Shown here: piece after piece, positions 39,124 to 51,636 of the stretch
Layout: each line of letters begins with the position of its first letter
Position numbering within the stretch: the first letter of the stretch is position 1
Assembly (NCBI RefSeq): GCF_001194135.2
Contig: NC_068985.1
Coordinates: 58,162,941-58,214,576 of the forward strand
DNA from: Octopus bimaculoides
Lineage: Eukaryota
Direction: 5' to 3'
DNA: 51,636 nt
The notes under the pieces: generated by a model
What the model saw: only the letters and a program-made list of their open reading frames with translations
The model's database searches: none
What the model was told of the DNA's origin: nothing
Translations under genes and position numbers: made by a program

Positions 39124-39339
39124 ATTGAAAGACACGCATGCGTAGACACATACAATAAGAATACAAAATACAAAATGGCTGATATTTAGCAAGGTGAGAC
39201 ACACATAAGAAGGAAGGAAACAAAGGACAACTGATGAGGTCACAGAAGTTTGACGAAAGAACTCTGGCCGAAATAAGATTAAGATTAATGTAATATAAAG
39301 CTGAAGCAAATTAACACCAAATATACAGTNNNNNNNNNN

Positions 39340-39371
<32 letters not shown>

Positions 39372-40020
39372 AATATATATTTATTTGTACATACGTTTAT
39401 ATTCGCGTGTGTGTGTGTGTGTGTGTGTGTGTACGTGCACACACGTGTATGTGTATGCATGTGTTTGTCTAAAGCCATTCTACAATAGATTTTACGCCAT
39501 TTTATTAATCTCAGCCTACACTAAATAATTAATTCTCTGTATCAATATTTTGTTTATATCAGTATATATGTTGCTCAATAAATTTACTTGCTTAAAAGAT
39601 TAAGTTTACCTTTTATTTTTTTTTTAAATAAGCTTGGCGAGAAACTGTCAGTGATTAAATATTTAATAGTTAAATAGCAAGATATATTGGTTAAAATATA
39701 TGTGAAAATGTATAGTTTAAAAGTCGAAGTGATTCTAACATTTTTGATATAAGGCATTGACCGCTAGAAAGTAATGGGAAGAGATTATATATCCTAAAGT
39801 ATATTTTATTCCTTCCACTCATGAACGGGTTTTAGTCAGAATATCATTATATTTATGATTATTTTCGATGGTGGAGGCGTTTTTGGTTCTATATATCAAT
39901 GCATCAAATAGTGTACAATCTCGTACAGTTTCGGTCATAAGATGCTCAAGTAAAGCAAAGTAGATTTCGCTGATGAAGTTATAATACTGAAATTGAAGAA
40001 ATACCAATATATGTTTGTAC

Positions 40021-40161
40021 TAGGCCTGGCTGCATTTGAAGAAGCTTGCTTCCGAACCACATGGCTCTGGGTTCAGTCTCATTGTGTGGAAACTTGGTTA
40101 AGTGTTCTACAATAGCATCAAGACGGCCAAAGTCTTGTGATTAGATTTGGTAGATGAAAAG
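40021..40161 (+). mobile_element. SINE family A head
   Basis: TGGCTG...AAGAAGCTTGCTTCCGAACCACATGG...GGGTTCAGTC...GATTTGGTAGA. Confidence 0.75.
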
Positions 40162-40244
40162 ATTATTGGAACAAATGAGAAACTTCTAGTAAAAAAAAAA
40201 AATCTTAACAGTATTTTGTGGCATAGAAACTCATAAATTTATTC

Positions 40245-40443
40245 TGTACGAATACTTTTTTCACCGCTAAATATTTATAATTGTATATAAATTCATTAGT
40301 TACAATAATTTATTAGTTTCTTTTGCATATTCTTAGTTTATGTATGTGTATACAAATATAGTATTAGTATATCCCATTTATGTTCATTAGAAATTAAATA
40401 AATAAAGAATTTTGACATGTACGAATATTTATTTCCCCCACTG
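40245..40443. mobile_element. Tc1-like right end with IR/DR structure
   Basis: Outer TGTACGAATATTTATTTCCCCCACTG|TA (reverse complement TA-CAGTGGGGGAAATAAAT) and an inner direct copy TGTACGAATACTTTTTTCACC (18/21 identical) 173 bp upstream. Confidence 0.45.
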
Positions 40444-40475
40444 TATATATATATACGCACATGTGTTTTCTGCGT

Positions 40476-40686
40476 GTGTGTATTTGTCTCTGTGTCTGTT
40501 CCGCAACCACTGCTTCACGGCCGGTGCTGTCGTAAATAGGTCCCAGTAACTTAGCGATTCGGTGTACGACACCGACAGAATAAGTACTAGAGTCGGTGCA
40601 TTCGAGACTAAAAAAAGTGTTCGAGGCAATACCCCGCATGGTCACAGTCTAATGAGTGGAACAAGTAAAAGGTAAAAGTTAAAAGA
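40476..40686 (+). mobile_element. SINE family A tail
   Basis: GTAACTTAGCGATTCGG, ACCGACAGAATAAGTACTAG, GCATGGTCACAGTC, AACAAGTAAAAG. Confidence 0.7.
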
Positions 40687-41178
40687 CACTTGGTAACTGT
40701 TTGTGATTAGTCACTTCATACTGTCATTATAATGAATACTTACTTATCGACCTTTATTCAGTTTGACTACGGTTAAATTTGTTACGTACTCTTTGCGACC
40801 GAAAAGGCAATTAACCACATTTTTATAATGGCTGCCAATTTGATATTAAATCAAATGTTTCGGACAGAGATTCTTCAGGGAAAAGTTAACTAGAGAGAAT
40901 TGAAAGAGAGACATCAGACATTTATCCTGTAAGTCAGAAAGCTAGCTACAACTTAAAAGATATAAAATTTTGCTGTAACCCTTTAATTACTTTCCGGCTA
41001 AATTTAACCTGAGAAAAGACCATATCGGAAACGTCGAATTTTCAGTCTCTCCGGCAAATGTTAATATATATATATGTGTGTGTTTGCGTGTGTGTGTGTG
41101 TGTCTTGTGTCTGTCTGTATGTGTGCATGTGTGCGTGTGTGCGAGCTTGTGTGTGTGTATTATATATACGTCCGAATG

Positions 41179-41212
<34 letters not shown>

Positions 41213-41539
41213 GGTGTGGGTGTGTGTGCGTGTGTGTGTGTGCGCGCGCGCGCGTGTACACTACGAAAACAATGCTCTAAATTGCACATTTTGGTCTTTA
41301 TATTTGCCCTGCTGTATCATATATAATTTGCTTGCATGCAATAAACAGAAGTTAACTGGCCACTTATGTAGCTGGTCTGATTATTTTTATCACGCCCTGA
41401 AACAGAACCTGCAAACAATTCATTAGGAAATAAGCTACTTAGCACACACACAGGCCATGCAAATCATGTCTTGCATTTAGTCTTTTTCATACAAAAGCAG
41501 TGACAATAAAACTCTGGATGCTGTTCTATATTCAGTGCC

Positions 41540-41900
41540 AAAACAAACTAAAACAAGGCTGAGAAGACAGAAATCAAGATCTATAATTCAGTGGTCCACA
41601 ATTTTAATGCTTGCATGTATTTCTTACTGACTGGATTTGGGAAAAAAGCGACAGAGCTCATGCCTCACGCTGTTTGTGCTTTCACGCAAACTAGTAAGAC
41701 TGAAGCAGCTAATGGTCCGTTTAACCTGCAGCAGATTAACATCATCAGGATGCAATTCATGTGGACTGATGTTCTTAAGACGAAGAAAGGTATAGTAATT
41801 AGTCAGGACAAATTATGGCTGGAAGCTCGATAAAGGCCAAGATGATAAGTGACTTATGGTACAAGGTGTGCGGTGGACTACAAAAAAGCAACCAACTACA
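41540..41900 (+). mobile_element. Possible RTE-type LINE remnant
   Basis: KTEIKIYNSVV, DRAHASRCL and NIIRMQFMWTDVLK...LWLEAR*RPR appear in RTE C-terminal order. Confidence 0.3.
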
Positions 41901-41977
41901 AGTAATTCCCTGTTTATCGACCAGAATGCAAAGTGCTTTGGAATCTCATGAATACATACATACATACATATATACGT

Positions 41978-42326
41978 GGAGGCGCAATGGCCAAGTGGTT
42001 AGGGCAGCGGACTCTTGGTGATAGGATCGCGGTTTCGATTCCCAGACTGGGCGTTGTGAATATTTATTGAGCGAAAACACCTAAAGCTCCACGAGGCTCC
42101 GGCAGGGGATGGTGGCCCACCCTGCTGTACTCTTTCACCACAACTTTCTCTCACTCTTACTTCCTGTTTCTGATGTACTTGTAATTCAAAGGGTCAGCCT
42201 TGTCACACTGTGTCACGCTGAATATCCCCGAGAACTACATTAAGGGTACACTTGCTCGAGCAGGCTGTTCCGTTGATCAGATCAACTGGAACCCTCGACG
42301 TCGTAAGCGACGGAGTGCCAACAACA
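41978..42326 (+). mobile_element. tRNA-derived SINE family C
   Basis: GGAGGCGCAATGGCCAAGTGGTTAG, GGTTTCGATTCCC; colinear with 35032-35400; ends ACAACA. Confidence 0.9.
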
Positions 42327-42373
42327 TATATACATACATACATACATACATACATATATGCATACATACATAC

Positions 42374-42405
<32 letters not shown>

Positions 42406-42413
42406 CCACACAC

Positions 42414-42444
<31 letters not shown>

Positions 42445-42568
42445 AATGTATATGTATATATATATGTATATATATATATATACATATATATACACGCACA
42501 CATATATATATATATACATATACATATATACATATATATGTCTATATATACATATGCACGCATATACT

Positions 42569-42630
<62 letters not shown>

Positions 42631-42770
42631 TATATTCATTCTGTGTATGTATGCATGGATGTGTGTTTGTGTTTGTATGTCTATATGTCCAGGGATATAC
42701 ATATATATGTATATGTCTACGCACATACACATACACACAATCACACACATACAGACACATGCACATAAAC
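42327..42770. repeat. Long compound (TACA)/(CA)/(TA) microsatellite
   Basis: Read directly. Confidence 0.9.
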
Positions 42771-43499
42771 ACATAGCAGTAACTGCAATGCCAGCGTTTT
42801 CCTCACTGTTCACTCTCGAAATTCTGCCAGTTCTTTTTAAGTGATAGCAAGTTTTTGATGGTGTGATATACTACACGAAAATTACAAAGAAAAGCTGAAA
42901 AACAGTTTGAAAATGTCTCTATGGAAGAGAAGACACGCGCACGCATACAAACAAGCACTCATATATAACTTGATCAGGGACCGTGTAGCGAATATTATAC
43001 AATTAAGAAACGTAACAGACATTTTAATATTTTCAACCGATACAAACTCATTATTCAGTTATTTAGTATTTATTTCTTAATCGTCAGCGTTTTCGTTCCA
43101 TTACCGATACCTGGTTACTAACGCCGTATATCATTTGCAGTTGAATTGTGTTAGCAGTTGTGTGCAGTTATGTGACGAAAATGTTGATACATATAGAAAT
43201 ATAGGGAAAATCTTTACAATTAGTCATGCCTTTTCCCAGAGTTAAAATGGCACTTCACCAATGTGATATTTAGATATTTTTAATGCATAGCGTTTTACAT
43301 TCAAAATATATAGTAACTTTGAGACATTTCTTGAAATGAATTTACCTTTTGCACTCGAGATGAGTCGTTAAAAACATATTATATCGATGAAGTGATGAAG
43401 TTTAACAAAAAGGGTGTCATAGTTTATCGATAATCGTACATGTGGATTCAGACCCAAATTCTTGTTGTCAATAAAACAATTATACAGAGTATGAACTAT

Positions 43500-43690
43500 A
43501 TCACTGGTTTCAAGCTTTGGAACAAGGCCAGTATTTTCGAGGGAGAAGATAAGTCAATATCGTCAACCTCAGGATTTAACTGGTATTTATTTTATCGTCC
43601 TCGAAAGGATGAAATGTCAAGTCAACCTCGACCAGGCCAAGTCTGAACTCAGAACATGAACGAAATCCCACAAAGCAATTTTCTTCCTTA
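43500..43690 (-). mobile_element. SINE family B, degenerate
   Basis: ACAAGGCCAG, AACTGGTATTTATTTTATCG, GAAAGGATGAAA, TGAACTCAGAAC are the reverse complement of family B. Confidence 0.6.
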
Positions 43691-44055
43691 GAGTATGAAA
43701 TATATTATTGAATTGGAGTTAAATTTATCTTTCTTAAAAATATATCTTTCTTCAGATACATAAACTTTTGTAAAGTATTTTTGTTTTCTTCCTGTTTACA
43801 TATCATATTTCAAATATGAGTATAGCTGAAGGACAGTTCCCGCAACGTATCAAACGCAAGAGAACGAACCGTCCCAAAACATTGTGAGTTATATTTTAAC
43901 TGCTAGTACTAAAAGTCAGTTGGTAATTCTCATTGTTGTGGAAAAATTATTTCGCGTATCCGGTTTGTGGTTTTCACCACGTGCACCAATAACGATATCG
44001 ATATTTCATTTAAAGTAAAGGAAATTATATATATAAACGAATGTATATATCCCTG

Positions 44056-44091
<36 letters not shown>

Positions 44092-46144
44092 CTACAAATA
44101 TATGTATATAATTATGCATATATGTATGTGGTGTAAGAGAGTTAGAGGGAGACTGGCAGGCAGTCAAACATATAAATTGTCAGAGGACTTGGGTAAACAG
44201 CTGAAATAGACGCCGTAAAGTCGAATGGATTTAAGAATTAAGGCAAAATGTTTAGATTTTAATACGGACTTCCAATCTTAATACATGACATTGCATCCAA
44301 TAACCAATAATTGTTTATCGGATAATAATCAACATCAATATTCTGGAATTGCTTTGATGTTGGGTAATTCGTTACATTCTACATTCTACGAAAAGGAGAT
44401 AAAGCAACGTGTAATGGTAGAAGAGTGTGTCTCTGGAGGCATGGGCAATTGTTGGATTGGTATGGCCTGTTATTAAACCGCTCTATCAGAACTTCCTTTT
44501 TATGTTGGATGAGATATGGAAATTGGGGAAAATAGAAACTGTGCTACAGTTTAAACAGTCAGATTATCAATCAGAATCACTTTTCTTTCATTTCATTTGA
44601 GTTCTTGCAATAGGGGCATACTGACGTTATTGGCTGAAAATACATTAGTTGAATACGTTGGTCTTGGTACTATTTGCTGTGATCTTTATGGCAACCCCCT
44701 AGTTACCAAATAATTTACCAGAATTGTTTCTCTTTAGAAGGTCACCACCCACGTTTTGTTTCGAATATATATCACAATGGATTTAAGCACAAACACACCC
44801 ACACGCACAGTCAAACACTCACACACTCACAGAAACACACACACACACAAACACTTATGTAACTCTGTATATATATATATATATATGTATGTATCTAAAT
44901 TTTCTAGTAACTNNNNNNNNNNNNNNNNNNNNNNNNNNNNNNNNNNNNNNNNNNNNNNNNNNNNNNNNNNNNNNNNNNNNNNNNNNNNNNNNNNNNNNNN
45001 NNNNNNNNNNNNNNNNNNNNNNNNNNNNNNNNNNNNNNNNNNNNNNNNNNNNNNNNNNNNNNNNNNNNNNNNNNNNNNNNNNNNNNNNNNNNNNNNNNNN
45101 NNNNNNNNNNNNNNNNNNNNNNNNNNNNNNNNNNNNNNNNNNNNNNNNNNNNNNNNNNNNNNNNNNNNNNNNNNNNNNNNNNNNNNNNNNNNNNNNNNNN
45201 NNNNNNNNNNNNNNNNNNNNNNNNNNNNNNNNNNNNNNNNNNNNNNNNNNNNNNNNNNNNNNNNNNNNNNNNNNNNNNNNNNNNNNNNNNNNNNNNNNNN
45301 NNNNNNNNNNNNNNNNNNNNNNNNNNNNNNNNNNNNNNNNNNNNNNNNNNNNNNNNNNNNNNNNNNNNNNNNNNNNNNNNNNNNNNNNNNNNNNNNNNNN
45401 NNNNNNNNNNNNNNNNNNNNNNNNNNNNNNNNNNNNNNNNNNNNNNNNNNNNNNNNNNNNNNNNNNNNNNNNNNNNNNNNNNNNNNNNNNNNNNNNNNNN
45501 NNNNNNNNNNNNNNNNNNNNNNNNNNNNNNNNNNNNNNNNNNNNNNNNNNNNNNNNNNNNNNNNNNNNNNNNNNNNNNNNNNNNNNNNNNNNNNNNNNNN
45601 NNNNNNNNNNNNNNNNNNNNNNNNNNNNNNNNNNNNNNNNNNNNNNNNNNNNNNNNNNNNNNNNNNNNNNNNNNNNNNNNNNNNNNNNNNNNNNNNNNNN
45701 NNNNNNNNNNNNNNNNNNNNNNNNNNNNNNNNNNNNNNNNNNNNNNNNNNNNNNNNNNNNNNNNNNNNNNNNNNNNNNNNNNNNNNNNNNNNNNNNNNNN
45801 NNNNNNNNNNNNNNNNNNNNNNNNNNNNNNNNNNNNNNNNNNNNNNNNNNNNNNNNNNNNNNNNNNNNNNNNNNNNNNNNNNNNNNNNNNNNNNNNNNNN
45901 NNNNNNGTATATATATATATATATATACATGTATAAATATCTATACATATATCTATCTATACATATATATGTGTGTGCATATATATACAATATATATACA
46001 TATACATATAATATATAACCTATAACATATATATATATATATATATACATATATATTTATATATGTCTGTGTGTGTGTGTATGTGCGTGTGTGCGTGTGC
46101 GTGTGCGTGTGTGTGTGCGTGTGTGCGTGTGTGTGTATCTATAT

Positions 46145-46820
46145 AGGCAGATGACCTGAAAAGTCCATAGGCCGACCAAATCGTTCTCATAAAATATGAC
46201 CCCCAAAGAAGTTTATAATTCAACATACACCCCCTTCCTTTCTGGTACTCACATTTCTTCAATTGATGTTACAATACTTGAATCCCATTATTGGAGAAGC
46301 TTTCCCCCGGTTGGTCAAATTTACCATCCGCAGCAGATATAACATCATCTACAGGTGATATCACATCATCCTCACTGCAATACTGGCTACCAGCCATATT
46401 TTTCTGTCTTTAGGAAACAAGTGATTTTCACATGAATCCAAATGAAAATAAAGGGAAGTTGTTCAGCCAGTTCAAAGTAGCAGTCACGTACAGCGGCAAC
46501 TGAAATTAAAGACGTTTGTACTGCATCAGTATCCTGGTGAAAAGGACGCCTTTCGTCAGTTTTCCTGGTCATTTGGAGTCAGCAACATGGCATGGTTCTC
46601 TCCATTGATGATGTGGTCCATTTTATCACAGTAAATAAACACAATACTCTTTGCCTCCCACAAACCTGTGGCTATGAACTTCCTTACAGGTGAAACGACC
46701 ACGGCCTTCTGTAGAACAGGTGAGGGGTATGTGTTCACTACATGGTTAGTTTCTTTGTCTCTGGCTCAAAATGATGCAACCAACACTCTTCCTGGGTTGT
46801 GACAAGTTCAAGGAATCCAT
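46145..46820 (-). pseudogene. Mariner transposase pseudogene with one TIR-like end
   Basis: TTQEECWLHHFEPETK, KFIATGLWEAKSIVFI, PGKLTKGVL/FHQD (frameshift), SVAAVRDCYFEL; TIR-like GATGACCTGAAAAGTCCATAGGCCGACC next to TA at about 46145. Confidence 0.88.
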
Positions 46821-47671
46821 TTCATATACATATAATCACATACATATAATCCATTTCATATACGCATACATACATCTTTCACTTTCTTCTCTCTTTCACT
46901 TTCTGCTCTAACTTAAAAAAAAATGTCGCGGTTTCACTTTCTCTTCCCTTTCCATTTCTGCTCTCTTCAAAACAAAACAGTTTTTTTTTTAAGTTACAGT
47001 AATTAATGAATGCATTCGAAAATGGATTTGTTGATTTTGACGTATGGAGGACCAAACGTTTCAGTAATCTTTTGTCTAACAAATAAGTTTTATTTTCATT
47101 TACATATTTGCATTAAAAAAATGGAATTTTATAATCTATCTAAGATTCAACTATCCTAAATGACATTTTATACCACAACGACGACGACATCGCATTTTCT
47201 ATATGTGTGTTTTCGTAAATGACATCTATTTCTCTACATATTATGTAGAAATACAGTCACTCAATTTCTCTCTCACATGCACAAAAAATATCAACGCATA
47301 TGTATTTATGTACGTGTATACGGAAGATAATGAGTGTATGTATGAGGGAGAGAGAGAGTGATTGAGTGCCACTTACTCATACATGGAATAAATAAAAACA
47401 TATTACAACACACACATTCTCTCACTCTCTCTCTCTCCCACACACACATGCACATGCCCATTTCATACACACGTACATATATCTTTCATTTTCTCCTCTA
47501 ATTCAATTTCTGTTCTCTTCAAAGGTAAAAATTCAAAAAATTCTTAAGGAAATTAACGAACAATCATATGATCCAATATGCTCGACAATATGATAGAGTT
47601 GACACCTTTCATGCTTCAAACGAAAGAACGCCATGAAATAACTTCCTTTCACACACACACACACACACTCT

Positions 47672-47712
<41 letters not shown>

Positions 47713-48612
47713 GGTAAAACTGGGTGAATTATGTTATTTCTTGCCATGTGCACGGGCAAAATTACAGCTCAAATCCAATTCTATTCTGTAATTAGTGTTC
47801 GTGGTAAGTGTATTCAAAAACCTGATCTTCGATATAAATTTTAAAAGTAGTTTCCCCAGAAATCCTGTCCTTTTCTGTTGTTTCTAGTATGTCTGAGATG
47901 ACATTTGCGCCCTCCCCACAGATTTGTCTTTCTTAAATTTCTTCTGATTCCCATCTTTTCAATACAAGAGATTAGGATTTCGCCCAAGAAACACGTTCTC
48001 AACATTTTAATTTTCTCTCCCACCCATCCAAATTTCTTAATTTTTTAAACTTTTTTCGATTTTTTCTTAGTAATCAACAAAGAAGAAAAAAACAGACATT
48101 ACGAATCTTTAAAAGTTTTCCTCTTTCTTTTTTCTTATAGAAATACTAAAATATCCTTCCCAAACATCGACCCATCACATCACCACTTTCAAAAAGCTAC
48201 TAACTCTCAAAGTTTCGCTTTCAGATTTTTGGAAACGGAGAGGTTTCTTCAGAAATGATGTTGTTTACCTGTTGTTTCTAGCATGTCGGATTTTCTGGTG
48301 GTCCTCTATTATTTTTTTACGTCTCCTGTTTCAATACAATTCTAGGCATGCGTGAATCATCAGACGAAAGTTAAACAGGGAATTTTTAGCTTTTTGAAAG
48401 TTGTTATGTAATGGCTAGGTGACGTGGAGGAAAGGGCATTGTGTGTTTCTTCAGGAAAAAATTGATGTAAAATATATATATATATATTTGCTAGATTGGT
48501 AATCTCTGAATTTTTCTACATGGATAAGAAATCTGGCCATCAGAAAGGAACAAATAAAACGATATGGCTCTAGGCCATAACACATGGGCAACGCCGGGAT
48601 ACATTGCCAATA

Positions 48613-48967
48613 CTCTTTACTCTTTACTCTTTTACTTCTTTCAGTCATTTCACTGCGGCTATGCAGGGGAACCGCCTTTAGTCGAGCAGATCGACCCCAG
48701 GACTTATTCTTTGTAAGCCTAGTACTTATTCTATCGGTCTCTTTTTACCGAACCGTTAAGTTACGGGGACGTAAACCCACCAGCAACGGTTGTCAAGCGA
48801 AGTTGGGGGGACAGATACAGATACACAAACATATACACACACATGCATATATACATATATACGACGGGCTTCTTTCAGTTTCCGTCTACCAAATCCACTC
48901 ACAAGGCTTTGGTCGGCCCGAGGCTATAGTAGAAGACACTTGCCCAAGGTGCCACGCAGTGGGACTG
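48613..48967 (-). mobile_element. SINE family A, best-preserved copy; head lost in gap
   Basis: CTCTTTTAC tail repeats, CAGTCATTT, TTTAGTCGAGCAGATCGACCCCAGGACTTATTC, internal CA/TA tract, GTCTACCAAATCCACTCACAAGGCTTTGGTCGGCCCGAGGCTATAGTAGAAGACACTTGCCCAAGG. Confidence 0.9.
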
Positions 48968-51091
48968 NNNNNNNNNNNNNNNNNNNNNNNNNNNNNNNNN
49001 NNNNNNNNNNNNNNNNNNNNNNNNNNNNNNNNNNNNNNNNNNNNNNNNNNNNNNNNNNNNNNNNNNNNNNNNNNNNNNNNNNNNNNNNNNNNNNNNNNNN
49101 NNNNNNNNNNNNNNNNNNNNNNNNNNNNNNNNNNNNNNNNNNNNNNNNNNNNNNNNNNNNNNNNNNNNNNNNNNNNNNNNNNNNNNNNNNNNNNNNNNNN
49201 NNNNNNNNNNNNNNNNNNNNNNNNNNNNNNNNNNNNNNNNNNNNNNNNNNNNNNNNNNNNNNNNNNNNNNNNNNNNNNNNNNNNNNNNNNNNNNNNNNNN
49301 NNNNNNNNNNNNNNNNNNNNNNNNNNNNNNNNNNNNNNNNNNNNNNNNNNNNNNNNNNNNNNNNNNNNNNNNNNNNNNNNNNNNNNNNNNNNNNNNNNNN
49401 NNNNNNNNNNNNNNNNNNNNNNNNNNNNNNNNNNNNNNNNNNNNNNNNNNNNNNNNNNNNNNNNNNNNNNNNNNNNNNNNNNNNNNNNNNNNNNNNNNNN
49501 NNNNNNNNNNNNNNNNNNNNNNNNNNNNNNNNNNNNNNNNNNNNNNNNNNNNNNNNNNNNNNNNNNNNNNNNNNNNNNNNNNNNNNNNNNNNNNNNNNNN
49601 NNNNNNNNNNNNNNNNNNNNNNNNNNNNNNNNNNNNNNNNNNNNNNNNNNNNNNNNNNNNNNNNNNNNNNNNNNNNNNNNNNNNNNNNNNNNNNNNNNNN
49701 NNNNNNNNNNNNNNNNNNNNNNNNNNNNNNNNNNNNNNNNNNNNNNNNNNNNNNNNNNNNNNNNNNNNNNNNNNNNNNNNNNNNNNNNNNNNNNNNNNNN
49801 NNNNNNNNNNNNNNNNNNNNNNNNNNNNNNNNNNNNNNNNNNNNNNNNNNNNNNNNNNNNNNNNNNNNNNNNNNNNNNNNNNNNNNNNNNNNNNNNNNNN
49901 NNAAACACTTTGATACTTTCCATACTGGTAGAGTGTGGTCACATAGAATAAGGATTACTCATAAGTTCTTGAAAAATTTTGTATTTTAGAAGGTCTTTAC
50001 GTTCTGAATTCAAATTCCGCAGTGGTCAACTTTGCTTTTGATCCATTTCCGATCTTTTCAATTAGATGTACACATTATTGAATCATGTTTTAAAACTAAA
50101 CACTTTCAAACTTGCCATACTGATAGAATATGTCTCATAGAACAGGGTTTACTCTTAACGTTTTTGAAAAATATTGTATATTAGACATTATTTCGTCAGA
50201 AGTTACAAAGTGACAATGGACAAATTCGTGTTTGATAAGTGCCAATACATGCAACCCTCAGGTTTTGACTTAGTCTCTAGCTTCTGCCGATGATATATAT
50301 ACATATTAAATATATGTGTAAAAAAATTTCCTCACGCAATCGAAACAATAAAAGAGCCTCTAACTGGTCGCTCTTCATGCTAAAATTTGCAGCCAAAGTA
50401 ATCCCCTACCCAAATTACACGCCCATTGTATGTAATGTCCTATATTATCCCTAAAAAACGCGGTTTGCAGAAGGCTAGAAAGTCTTTGATGATAGGTTTT
50501 GCAGTATCAAGTTTGATTTAAGGCTAAATAACAACAACCTTATGGTAAATTTTTATATTAACACCAACACGAGTTTCACTAAGAAAAAAAAAAGAAAAAT
50601 TGACCTTTTGCGTGGAATCAATTGCCCTGACCTCCTAATATGCGGCAACTCCCTTATGTTGGTTCCGAAAAAATAAGGTGGGTGTTCTAAGCCTCTTCCC
50701 CAATCCCGGAATCATTGGAATTTTTTTTTCGTTGAATGAATTCCTATAACCTCCTAATCAAAATTGGTTTACTTAAGGTGAGCCAGGTAACTGATGGTTC
50801 TGGGATCTTGTTGTTTATAAAATTTGGTGAGCTATGGTGCAACCAACAACATGCTAAAAATACTTACTATTAATTTGGTGTAGATAGGTAATATCAAATA
50901 ATTCAATCACAGCATATATTTAAATTAAACAGGAAAAAAAATTGAAATATAATCATCACTTACATGTAAAAATTAAAATATTATCTTTTAGTATTTTATA
51001 AGGTAAAATGTTAAATTATTATTCACACATTATTAATTATCTTATAACAGCAATGCTTGGAAAATTCATGGATTACATGGACAAATGCGAG

Positions 51092-51565
51092 CATGAAACG
51101 TAATATTCTTAAAATTATAAGGTGGAAAATTACAGGGCAAGTTATTTCATCTGTAAAAGTACAGGACAAGCTATTATTTCTAGTAAGTAAAGAATAAAAA
51201 ACATTTTTACTGAAAATATTGCTGCTAAAATTTAAATTTGAATATCAAAACTTATTTCATTATAGTTTACATATAACACTTTACTTATTTAAGTAGAATT
51301 TGGCTAATTTACTACCTTCAATACTGAAAAAAATCGACTAGACAAACTTACAAATTAGCTCAACAGTTTTGTACAATAAATTAAGAAGTTGAGATATGTA
51401 AAGGGTGATAAATTAGAACTGGCATTCTTTGTTGCAATATCTTCAGTAAAACGTTTCTTATTCTTTACTTTAATACAAGTAATAGCTTGTCCTATAGTTT
51501 ACCAGGTGCAATAACTTGTCCTGAACTTTCCCAGGTTTACAATCTTAACAATATTACTTTTCATG
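51092..51565. mobile_element. Non-autonomous foldback/MITE element with about 130-bp imperfect TIRs
   Basis: 51092-51221 aligns along its length to the reverse complement of 51434-51565; both ends read CATGAAA.GTAATATT; each arm has two AGG(A/G)CAAG(C/T)TATT subrepeats. Confidence 0.8.
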
Positions 51566-51636
51566 TGTGTGTGTGTGTGCGTGTGTGTGCACACACACAC
51601 AAGTGGGCTATATATATGCATATATATATATCTCCC

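Overview
AT-rich, microsatellite-dense eukaryotic genomic DNA with 12 assembly gaps (about 5 kb of N). The SINE families look like those of Octopus (coleoid cephalopod); this is my recognition, not a database result. No host gene can be identified with confidence, and nearly all entries in the ORF track are artefacts of simple repeats or N-runs. The interpretable content is mostly decayed mobile DNA: a Penelope-like GIY-YIG remnant, an R4/Dong-type and a Tx1-type retrotransposon linked by (ATT/TAA)n arrays, RTE remnants, mariner (DD34D-type) and rosa (DD41D) transposase pseudogenes, several tRNA-derived SINE families (labelled A-D here, my own labels) and a long-TIR foldback element. The most interesting signals are a 146-bp TA-embedded mini-element carrying a minimal hammerhead-ribozyme fold, the microsatellite-linked retroelement chain, two long inverted repeats (one a perfect 38 bp), and a few unverified candidate exons, including a two-exon segment with weak BRICHOS-like spacing. 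I found no system that can be called new from sequence alone.
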